Source: Podarcis vaucheri
Lineage: Eukaryota
DNA: 64,000 nucleotides
Assembly (NCBI GenBank): GCA_965113315.1
Contig: OZ220368.1
Strand: one strand, 5' to 3'
Part shown: positions 44,501 through 56,671 of the stretch, in pieces
How the letters are laid out: each line of letters opens with the position of its first letter
Position numbering within the stretch: position 1 is the stretch's first letter
Notes under the pieces: model-generated
Databases searched by the model: none
Told to the model about the DNA's origin: nothing
Seen by the model: the letters and a program-made list of their open reading frames with translations, nothing else
Made by a program: the position numbers and the translations under genes

Positions 44501-47032
44501 TGACAAGCTAAATAGCTTGCTCAGACAGAACATTTGCAATAGTGCATGTGACATTGAATTCCACCTTACGTTTCCATTTTAATTCTGTCTGGTCCTAAAC
44601 TACCACTTAAGCCACTTTCACACGTAATGCTTGTAAGTGCATAATGCACAAAGTGCATGTACTGGAAAAAGCCTATGCAGAAGTTAGACTCATGCACTTT
44701 AACCTCCCTGATGTCCAGGAGAAAGACTTCACTGGCATTTAGTTTCACTTTCCTCTTTTATCAGCATGTGTGAACCAGCTACCACTGTTCAACAACTAGG
44801 CATAGCTGTATGTTGGCATTCCTGGTTAGCATAGGATGCTAAACTCATATTTTTTAAAAACAAAAAGCAAACTTAGCAGAAATTCTCCTGGCTGCATAGA
44901 GGGCAGAATACAATCTAGAAGCTTAGAAAGGGTCACAGAAGTTTGTCCATGTATTAATTATTTTTTGTTACGTGGGAATGGTGTTTCTGTGAGTACACAT
45001 TGTTAGAATTTGTTTGTTTAAATTCTGTCAAAATTTTATTTGGGGACAAAGAGATAACAGTTTTCCCTTCAACTGTAAGAACTTTTTTTTTTTAATTCCA
45101 GTTCCTGAGTGATTATACACAGTGCTGTTTTCATGCTAAGTTGTAAAGACCAGTGTTATATTTGTTGATATAGCTATGTGCAATGCATGGGTAAAGGGAA
45201 ATCAGTGCTTGGAAGACTAGTAAAATGGATGGAAGAGAAATGCAAAAATAAAGATGGACTTGGTTAAATATAAATCATGCACTGAAACTTGTATTGCCTG
45301 TGAAGAATTTTACTTTGCAGAGCCTATTAAAGCTTATGAAAATTCTTCTGGACAAGAGTAAAAAAGTGGAAAAAGCCAGAGTACACAGGGGTTATCATCT
45401 GAACCAGTATTGGTCAATGTAGAATTTTGTTAAAAGCTACACTCCTGCATTTAAAAAATTACCTTTTGTAAAAAGGTTTTCATCCTAACACCTTATTTAC
45501 ACAGATTACTTAACAATTCATCACCACTCCAATCTGAAAATTCATTTTAAGTTGAAATATTTTCTATTTGTCTTCAGTCTGCACCGAAGACAATACATAT
45601 ACATGTATATATCAGGAGTAATACAAGTTCTATCTAAATCACTGCAATATTTTCTGATCATTTTGCTATTGGTTTAAAACTGTCCTCTGTTTTAATATGC
45701 ATATAATCTACACAAAATAATATTGCACAAAGTAATTGCTATTAGAAAAAGATTAATATTTGCAGGTCTTTTCAAAAGGATTGATAAAGGTGTGTTGAAA
45801 TAAACACAGCTGCTTTCTTACTTGCATTGATGTAGTGCTGCAGATCTCTCTCCTACCCCACAAGTACGGAGTTGTTTATTAACAACTATGATTACACCTT
45901 AACAAAGGTTATATCCTACATGTGAAGGGCCCATCTCTTCTAGTACCAGAAATAAATGTAATTCAGCATACAAATAATGAATGAAAGTTGACTATAGTTA
46001 ACATTGGGAAATATTGTATGAGTGCTAAACAATCTTGCTAACGTTACTGAACATACTAGTGAGTGTCATTTAACCTTTCAACGTAGCACTAGGGTACCCA
46101 AGAGTTACATGTGGAAATAGCAGTACACATGAGATTTCCTGTGAAACAGCAATATAGAATTCTTGAGAATAAAGGCAACCAATTTATACTGTGAAGCCTA
46201 CTCTACTGGATTAAGTGCATCAATGAAAAGGAACATATGGTTTCCACCTCAGGTGCTTGCTGTGAATTGAACAAGCCACCAAGTTGGTTAGAATATTGTA
46301 AAGCCTTAAAGTGCTCTAAGATGGCAATTTCCTCAGGGAGACTGCCAACAGTTACTTTCATTTGACACTAGTATTACATTTTGCAGTCAGGGAAGATATA
46401 AAAAGTAATATTCCCACAAACATTAAAAGCAGAGGTATGGGAAGTGTTACATCAGGTATTACAATTCAACAAGATCACACTCTGCAACTAATCTCAGATA
46501 TCAGCTTCTTTGTGAAGGTGCTGATAAGCAATTAGGATTAATCTACACTGCTGGTAACTTGAGCTTTCTCTAGGCTTTCAAAGTCTCTCTCTCACAAATG
46601 TCACTGATCATTAAAAGTGCTGTGCTTTCTCTTTCATTCAAGCCACTAATCAAATGGGAGAGTCACTTTGTGACTCCTCCACAGAAACCAACACTTTTAT
46701 GCTGAAAACTAAAGATAAAATAGACGGAGGGATATCAGATTTACTAAATGTTAAATACTTAATGTTCCTGAAGGAGGGGGAAAACATTTGTGGAGATGTT
46801 GAATGACAAAGAAAAATGTAGTCCACTACTACATGCTGTACTAAGGAAGTAAAATACAACTCTAACTTTGCATAATCTGTGTAAAAAGATACGCTTGACA
46901 TTTTGGAATGTCACCTTTCTTTATAGAATTATAGGCAAGATTTCTCCAATAAAACATAACCCAGTTATAAAACTATAACTTCACATCAAAATTTTAAAAA
47001 GCCGTTTAAAAATGTATATGATTATGTACATA
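41570..47032 (-). other. RSBN1: RSBN1 long 3'UTR (about 5.5 kb); polyA signal AATAAA (tttatt at 41591-41596)
   Basis: AT-rich, largely repeat-poor stretch after the last exon. The end is inferred. Confidence 0.6.
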
Positions 47033-47137
47033 TCACACAAGAGAGCACATATGACCATCCTGTGGCTTGTGTTGCTGATCGGATTCTAGTTTAAAAACTG
47101 GAAGGGGCTGAGCCAGCTTATCTTGTTGCAGAACAAG

Positions 47138-47500
47138 TCACGACAGAGATGAAAACAATGATGGTGACGCCACTGTTGCTGTCTGTACTTCTGTTCCTAC
47201 TTCTTCAGACTCCTTTTTCACAAGCACACATTGATCTTCACCTTCTGATTTAGTCTCATCACAGATGCTAGTGTCCATATTTGAAATGCTTTCTGTACTT
47301 TGAGAATTCTCCCCTGAAGGATGGTATTGTTTGAGTCTTATATGCCAAGCTAAGCTGCAGACAGCTGACACCGTCTTGAACTGATGAATGACATTTCTAG
47401 GGATGAAGTATATGTCATTGTCACATAGCTGGATTCTAGCATAGCGAATCCCTTCTCGCCTCATTTGGTTTAGCTTAGCTTCATCGACCCATTGAACACA
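47138..47500 (-). CDS. RSBN1: RSBN1 last coding exon ([17 protein letters not shown]...SSLS*); the frame stays open after the TGA to a second stop at 47033-47035
   Basis: ccttcag|TGT GTT CAA TGG; see the readthrough finding. Confidence 0.9.
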   Translation of the reverse strand, partial: CVQWVDEAKLNQMRREGIRYARIQLCDNDIYFIPRNVIHQFKTVSAVCSLAWHIRLKQYHPSGENSQSTESISNMDTSICDETKSEGEDQCVLVKKESEEVGTEVQTATVASPSLFSSLS

Positions 47501-50500
47501 CTGAAGGAGAAAAGAAGTTAGAGGTAAACCAGATGCCAGGCCCAAAGTGGGCATTTAGTGTGCAGTGCACATATTCTGCCCTCCAGCCTTTAGTTATTTA
47601 TTAGCCACAATAAAAAGGGAAAGTCTCAAAATGGCACAAATACCAACAGTCTGGAATGGGAGCTGCTGCTGCTAAACTACTGAGCCAAGTACAACATTTG
47701 GTGCAACTTAAAAGATGTGCTTACATACTCAGGTAGCAAAAGCAAACAGTGAAATCCCCATGACTGTCAGAGAAAAGCTACTCAGAAACATGCAGCATTT
47801 GATCATGGCTAATATATCTATACTTTATACTAGGTTCAAGCAAATAGTGAACTGTTAAAAGTTCCAACTCATAAGTTTGCGACAGCCACATCACAGGGAA
47901 GCTGTGAAACAAAAGGAAATGCAAACTTCCCACAAATAATCTTACTTGACTGATCAAAACAACTTCTTGATTAGCTCAAGGGTTTTCTGTTCTCAACACT
48001 ATTTAAAAACTGTACCCCACTTTTCAAAATTATTTTTCAAAGTGCTTTACTTTGAAGAGAACACACATACAGACAAAATCAAATTATAAAAATGCAACAA
48101 TATTAAAACCAATTTTAAGGTACCTTAGATAATTTTAAAGTATTCAAAATATAAAAGTGGGGGAGAGAGTGAACTTGTAGAATTCTCTCCTGCGTGAGTT
48201 ATGACAACTATGGTGCCACGAGTGAGAAGACCCTGCCCCTAGTAACCACCAATTGCATTTTTGCTAGTGCAGGACCTCTGATACCAGTCTTAAGGCTTGG
48301 GCAAATTCATATAGTTCTATTCCCACAATGTCTCACTACAGTCAGTGAAAACCTGCAGGAACCAAGGACATACACACACAAAGTATGTCTGTCCACTAAC
48401 AGGGTAGAACCTTTAACAGAAGTTTAAACTGCACTTAAGGGAAAGGAATCCAGTATCATCACTTCTGCAAAATCCAGATGACAGTGCAGGTTTGGCCAGT
48501 GTTGTGGAACAGAAATTTTGGAACAAATGCCTGAATATGCATTTCATATGTGGGAATTTCATGTGGAAAGAAAGGCCGCATGTAATGGTAAGGTATGTCT
48601 ATGAAGCACTGGTATGAGGCACTGTTGAGGCAATGTCCCCAATACTGTTCAACACACTCTGGTCAATGTGGCTCTGGTAACTGTATGATCTTGCTTGTGG
48701 CAGGGGAATGAACTACAATCTAAGGTGCTTCCACTTGCAATCCAATCAAATGTTTGTCAAAACGTAACATTATCTGGTTAAAAAAGGGCATGTTTGTTTT
48801 CCAGATCTGTATACTATATTCTGGAAATGTGATTTCACAGGGAAAATACAAGCAGTAAGGGGGGATAGGCAACTAACATCATGCTTTGAAGCAACATGCA
48901 AAGTATACATTTCAACAAATGAGCTGACTACCTGCGACACTGGAGGTTCATGTAGATCCAACTGAAGCCTCTGAACTACATCTGTGAAATCCTCAGCATG
49001 AAAACAAACTACATCTTTGGTTATACGAGGCTGGTCACTCCTAGAAAAATGAAGACTTTTCCAGTGAGAATGTGCTAGTAGACATCTTGAGAATTATATG
49101 TGGGGCCCATTTGTATTCTAAATGTATGGTAAAGATAAAGTAAAGGACCCCTGGATGTTAAGTTCAATCAAAGGTGACTACGGGGTGTGGCGCTCATCTC
49201 ACTTCAGGCCAAGGGAACCAGCGTTTGTCCACAGACAGCTTTCTGGGTCATGCTATCAGCATGACTAAACCACTTCTGGTGCAACGGGACACCGTGATGA
49301 GTGCCAGAGCACACGGAAACGCCATTTAATTTCCTGCCACAGTGGTACCTATTTATCTACTTGCACTGGTATGCTTTTGAATTGCTAGGTTGGCAGAAGC
49401 TGGGAAAGAGCAACAGGAGCTCACCCAATTGCATGGATTCAAACCACCAACCTTCTGATCGGCAAGGCTCAGTGATTTAGACCTGCTCCATCTAAATGTA
49501 TAACTGTGTCAGGGACCCACTAATCCCCCAAATCCCCCTAATTCTATAACGAACTAAGCTATGGTATGGTAGAGAGCCAGTGTGGTGTAGTGGTTAAGAG
49601 CGATAGACTCGTAATCTGGGGAACCGAGTTCCCGTCTCCGCTCCTCCACATGCAGCTGCTGGGTGGCCTTGGGCCAGCCACACTTCTTTGAAGTCTCTCA
49701 GCCCCACTCAACTCACAGAGTGTTTGTTGTGGGGGAGGAAGGGAAAGGAGAATGTTAGCCGCTTTGAGACTCCTGAAGGGGAGTGAAAAGCGGGATATCA
49801 AATCCAAACTCTTCTTCTTCTTCTTCTATGATCAGCAGGGCTCTGGGTAGACTGGGAATTCTCCATTTTCCCCAGAGGTCCACAGAAAACAAAAACTCAG
49901 TTTCACTTTGTTTCTATGGTGGTTCAAAGTTTAACTCAGGGTAGTTTATTATGACAAGACTGGAGAGCCCCTGGTCTATAGCAATTTGCTTAGTACAAAT
50001 GAAATATTCCTGACAAATATTGGTTTGTTGGTTTTTAAATGTTCTGTTTTCCTGAATATTCTAGTGCAGCATACTAGACAGCTTTCTGAATGATCTGCTC
50101 AATTCCAAGCATATTCTGACTTGCTACACCAGACTTACCATTCACCAAACTGTACAGCTTTCAACACTCCAACAGCAGCTGTACTCTGCCAGTCAAATCC
50201 TTGCCCAACATGATCAGCATGGGCTCTTGTTCTGTCTTCAAAGAGAACTTCACGGGGTTCACTGGTCCGAGGTAGATACTGGAGGTTTTTTATTTCATTC
50301 ATTGATCTATGAAGTGGGGAGAAGAGAAAGAAGGCTGTTAGAACTATGCAGTGGGGATATTGACATCTTAAAACAAAAAAGCTTCCCCAGCTCTACTATA
50401 GAGGCAGTCATGTGATATTCAGAGATTTAGCTACAGCTTTACAGTTTTACCTGGAATAAAAGCAAATGATAGCAACAAATCTCACTGATATTTTTTAAAT

Positions 50501-53500
50501 CAAGGGCTCTGCATAACCTCTGTAGCACTTCAAGATTTTAATAACTCAAATATAAAATGGAATCCTGATTACAGGAAGACTTCTAAAATGTGTTCAAGTG
50601 AAGACACTTACAAGCCCCAATCAAACCTCACACTTAAGTGCAGCAAGGTCAGGGGTCAGTGAACATAGCCAAATGCCTCTAATAATATTTCAATTTAACA
50701 GTACCCAAAGAAGCTTAGAAAGTCATTAATATGGTGGCACTTTAAAAAGTCGACCATTTAATAAGATATAGAATTGTAATGCTCTACCTCTACACAAATA
50801 TTATGCTGGTGTGTCCAGCTGTATTGCTATTAAGGGACATTACATGTCATAATTTGTACTTAGGTGCTTAAGCTGGAATATACTGCTACCCATTTCCTGG
50901 AGGAAGAAAAGGTTTTTAAAAGCTCCACATACTCTGCAATGTATACAGTTTGATCTTCAAAACAATGGCACCATCAGTATACATGGCATTTTACCAAACA
51001 AGAGGCAAGTCCCTGCCTGCAGGAGTTAAGAATACATGGCACTGAGGTGACTAAGAGAAAAGAACATGACTACATTCTGCACTGCATAGTTAAATTTCAG
51101 TATGGGAAAAGCTGGTACTAATTATATGATCAGCTGAGAGATCAGAATCAGTAAAGAGTTTTGTGAACTCAACTGTACGGCAAGCATTAAAACTTTCCTG
51201 TAAAATAAATTTAAGGAGTATTACCTCCGCCGTTTGAATGGTGACTTTGGCATATCAGCTGTTGGGATCATCTGTTCTCCTGGTCTTACCCACATTATGG
51301 GGCCATCATCACTTTGTGACCTGCATTGAAGTCTGAGGCTAGAAAGAGTACCCCAAGGTAAAGTCATCTGTATAAAGCAAAAGAAATCCAAATCAGGTGG
51401 TCAGCAAGACAAAATGCTACTGAACAGAGGTACAGCTTCCTTATTGAAAAGAAACCTACACACAGAGAGAGAGAGATGTGTTTATAAAACCAGGATTATA
51501 CTACATGGATATATACACAAAATATGTCATATATATTCCACTCAGTCATGTGAAAACAGTGGGGTGGAGTGGGAAACCTCAGGCGTGGGGGCTGAATGCA
51601 AGACACACCTTCACCAGCTCTGCTTTGAGTCCTCCTCAAACGATCTTGCCTGGTTAGAATGTGTTATTGGGCTGTGGTAACATCTCTTGCTTAGTTGGAT
51701 TTGTGGGGGTAAAACAACTCTGAATTTTGATACACGGAATGAAGCCTACTGTACAAAAGATAGGAACCACATCATTTCACCCCCGGCCATGACCACCACT
51801 GTCATGTGACCCCCTCCCCACAAAAGAAGCCCCATTATGGAATGCCTCAGGCTGAGGAAAGTTCCCCGGTCCTGTAGTAGGCAGACTCATGTATTCATTA
51901 TTATGCTTAACCATTCTGTGATTAATAATACGTTACAGGTTCTCATATGCAATAAAGTTAATTCTTACACGAAGAAATGGAGATTCTTCCAACATATCAA
52001 GAAATTCTGGGAAATAGTCTCCAACTTCTTCATCTACTGCTCCAACAAGACTGATCTGCCTCATCGGACCTGCTCTGTAGGTTCCACAGCAGTATGTTCG
52101 ACTGACCTGTACAAATAAAGCAAAAATGTGTTTTTACTCCATACCATAGCATATACTTGATATAGTGTACTATGTTATTGTGAAGTCTAAATGAGTAATG
52201 GAATTGACTGAATATAGTGAAGAAATAAGCACTTGGATGTGCAAGTGAATTTCTTCTTTTTGTAGGCAATTGGTTACAAAGCAGGTTGGGCCCTTCTGAG
52301 CATAGATCATACAGCATTCATCTGCAGGGAAGAGCCATTACCACCCTGCATGAGGGAACCACCAAAACATCTAGAGAAAACTGAAGAACCGTGGACAGTC
52401 TTAAAGAAGGCAAACAATTTGAACTAAAGGTGACAATCAAATGGAGAAGAATGAACTGAAGAAAAAATTCCCCTGGTAGGTATCAAAACAAGTTGATTAG
52501 GCAGGTGCCCTGAACTGACATTATACCACCCTGAACAATACCGAAAAGGAAACAAAAGTTGAAACACATCTGTACATCCAAGTTTTTGTATTTCACCCAA
52601 AATGCTGTAACAAAAAGGATTCTAAGTGGAAAACTAGTGTAATTTCCTAAAGTCATCTCTTGTCAAGGAAACATATTTTTTTTTAATTATTATTATTATT
52701 ATTAGTAGTAGTAGTAGTAGTAATTGTGTATCCAAATACTAAAAAGTGGCTTTCTTAAATTTACCTGTGGTGGAGAAAGATAGCTACCCAATTGGCATCC
52801 TAAGAGACAAGGTTGATGAAGCATAGCAGTAAATAAACATTTAAGCTACTTTGGGAGCAATCCTATGCATCTCGGTGTACAGGCTATTGTGGAATTCCCC
52901 TGCTGTCTCCTCCCCACCGCCACCACGAGCAGAAAGGGAGGTCCACTCCAGACACCTCCACATTGCAAAGTTTCCCCACTATGGATTCGTCTGCCACCAT
53001 CTTCCGAAGATTTTTATGTAGAGTAAATTAACAGTTCATTGTAAACACCAAAGGTATGTTGTTCTAACTATGTATAGTAGAGGGGAAAGGAAGGAAGAAT
53101 CTGTGTGAAAGCTCAATGCCCTTACACCTTCAGAGTGGCATTTAAGCAGCTCTGAAGTCTAAACTGGATTTCATTCAGAAGCATATAGAATTACAGAATC
53201 GTAGAGTTGGAAGGGATGCATTACATACCATATTGGCCCAAATATGAGCCGCACCTGAATATAAGCCACACTTTTAAAATTCAAGGGGGGAAAAGAAGAA
53301 AAAGACAATACCTGAATATAAGCCGCTCCCTTAAAATTCCACAGGCAATCACACCTGTTCTGTTTTACCATATGTCTGTTTCAGCAGCGATATCGTAAAA
53401 GCCAGTTTTTGTAAGGTCGCAAATTTAAGCCGCACTTTAACTTTTCATGGTTGGAATTTGGGAAAAAGTGAGGCTTATATTCAGGCAAATACGGTAATAT

Positions 53501-56224
53501 TTTGCACTTGGGTTCAAATGTTTAAATAAAATGCGCGTACATTTTTCACCTGTTGTGAAGGAAACATGCACATTTTAACTGAAGTTTATCCCAGAACAAA
53601 GGCAATAATAAAGAATGGATCTTTCCCCTGCATACAAGCATGTGTTTTGCCCATAGGGATAATTTAACCATTTATGTACCCTTCACAATTGATCTCAAGA
53701 CTGAACATTCTGTATTCTGATATTGATACCAGAGTGCAAGTAGTTTTTTAAAAAAATATATATATTAAATGTTCATTAATCATTCTTTATCAGACAGTCA
53801 CAGAGGCAGTGTACAACCAACAAAACAAAAGGCAAGCTTAAAACAAGTAGAGGAATCCTACCACCTAATGAGGCTGACCTGGAATTCCAAGATACTTAAG
53901 CAATGTCCTGAACATCAGCTTTCATTTGAAAAAAAACAAAACAAGAAACTTGCAGAGAAGATATTGACTGCAATAAAAAACTTTACAGTCATACCTCAGG
54001 TTAAAGTAGCTTCAGGTTAAATCTTTTCAGGTTGCGTCCCCCGGCGACCCAGAAGTAACTGAATGGGTTACTTCTGGGTTTCACCACTGGCACAGACGCT
54101 CAAAATGACGTCACACAAATGCACAGAAGCGGTGAATCGTGACCTGCGCAGACGCGGGTTGCGTTCTGCTCAGGATGCGAACAGGGCTCCGGAACGGATC
54201 CCCTTCGCATCCAGAGGTACCACTGTATTTGGCAAACATCCTTCTAGACTAGCCTAAGAGGACGTAGACTTAGGCTAAGACCTATATTACCAAGGTTATA
54301 GCTTCAGAAAGGGAAGAGAAACTTTGAAGCCAAGCCAAGAAACGTACTAGTGTGGAAGGAACTGTTGGAAGGAACACATGGAAATTGGATAATGTTGAAC
54401 AAGCCTGTGGACAATAAATGACCAGTACAGGATGGATGTTCACACACAGCAACAATAGCAGTAAATGCACCTATTGTTCCTTTTTCTTAATTGCATTTGC
54501 AGAAATTTGAACAAGTTTACTTAACTGAGTTACAAAGTAAAAAAAAATTAGTGTTGAGCTGAAAACCTTCTTCTGACAGTTCAAAATAGGTCCATATCAC
54601 ATGACTTTTAGACCAGCACACCTAAAAGAGCATGAAAATTTGGGGACACATGTCCATCCCCCCAGAACACCTGTTGTCTCAATTGCAATTGGACAGTCTA
54701 GAAAACACTTTAAAAACCTGTATGTTTCAGTGCCAAAAGATCAATATGCACTTTCCACTGAAACCAATGAAATGTCAGAACAGAGCTGGTTAACCTGTGG
54801 CGCTTCATATGCTGCTAAACTACAGCTCCCATAATAATAATTTTCTGACTTGAGCAATTTTAGAATATACATATATAGCATTAGGATCAAAGTACATTAG
54901 AGCTAGGGAGGCTCTCAAAACAATTATGTCAGTTAGAAAAATATGGAATATAATGTCTAATAAAAATAAAATTGATCAATTTACTCATGGCTAAATTGAC
55001 TTTGTGGGGAAACCCAATTTTAAAAATTGAGGGAAAGATGGTAATATGGAAAAATTGCACAGAAGCAAGCATACTGACTTTGAACCAACTGACAGATGAG
55101 AAAGATGAATTTTACACATTCTTTTAAGAGACAACTCTATAAGCCCAATGGAAATATTTGCAGCTGCAACACATGGTAACAACTTTGTTTGGACCAGCAG
55201 CTTTTACAGCTTCTGAGGTACCAGAGATATTAGAACTGATCAAATACTTTGAAACTAAAAAGCCTGCAAGTACTTTTTATAGATATTTGCTATCAATGAA
55301 TCAATCCGAAACACAGATTTTAAGAAATGAGTGGAACAAAGAATTGGATGTTCCTGTATTACCTAGATAGTGGGAAAGTGTTTCAGCTTCCTTAGTAAAG
55401 GTGTCTATGGATCTGAAATTATAACTTATGCAACAGAAAATGTTTACAATCTACTGGACTCTATTATGTTTATATAGAAAAAGACTGTCTAAACCAGCAT
55501 GTTGTTTGATATGTAATAAACATAATGCTTCTTTAAAACACATTGACAATCACTTACTAAGTTTTCAGAGAAAGTATTGGATTGTATAAACATGACTGTG
55601 CAGAATTGGTTAGAATTTTCAGAGGTAAATATTCTATTGAATTATGTACCTACTATATGAAATTTGACAAGTAGACAATATAAATGTATTTTTTGTGCCC
55701 TTACTAAAAAGGTAAAGGATCCCTGGACAGTCAAGTCCAGTCAAAGGTGACTATGGGGTGCGGCACTCAACTTGCTTCAGGCCGAGGGAGCCAGCATTTG
55801 TCCACAAACAGCTTTCCAGGTCATGTCACCAGCATGACTAAACCACTTCTGGTGCAACGGAACACCGTGACAGAAGCCAGAATGCACAGAAACACCATTT
55901 ACCTTCCCACTGCAGCAGTACCTATTTATCTACTTACACTAGTATGCTTTTGAACAGAGCAACAGGAGCACACCACCGTCATGCGGATTGGAACTGCCAA
56001 CCTTCCGACCAGCAAGCCAAGAGGCTCAGTGGTTTAGACCTTACTATGGCCAAGAGACTGATACTGATGCACTGGAAGGATAAATCTATGGCCTCTTTTA
56101 GTCAATGGATTAAGGATATGGCAACACTTGCAACTTATGGATTGCTTATAGTTATAGACTTTGTATGGACAAGTATAAAGATATTTGGAACATGTTTATA
56201 AAAAACATAGGTTATAAATAATCA

Positions 56225-56280
<56 letters not shown>

Positions 56281-56628
56281 GGTTTTGGTGTCTTCGGGTG
56301 TCTTCCCGTGTAAGAGTCGGGGTGTCTGTGCGACGTTTCGACGAGGTCTCACTCGTCATCTTCAAAAAAATAGTTTCTCGTAGGTTCTTGTCAGCTGGAA
56401 GGTTTCCTCCCCGTAGAGGTGAGATATTTGCTTTCGTAGATTTTCACGGGTACAGGAATGCAGGTTTTGGTGTCTGTGCGACGTTTCGACGAGGTCTCAC
56501 TCGTCATCTTCTTGAAGATGACGAGTGAGACCTCGTCGAAACGTCGCACAGACACCCCGACTCTTACACGGGAAGACACCCGAAGACACCAAAACCTGCA
56601 TTCCTGTACCCGTGAAAATCTACGAAAG

Positions 56629-56671
<43 letters not shown>

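Noticed and set aside
49571-49645. tRNA-like sequence
   Set aside because: It is a SINE head with a degenerate B box followed by a LINE-derived tail, not a tRNA gene
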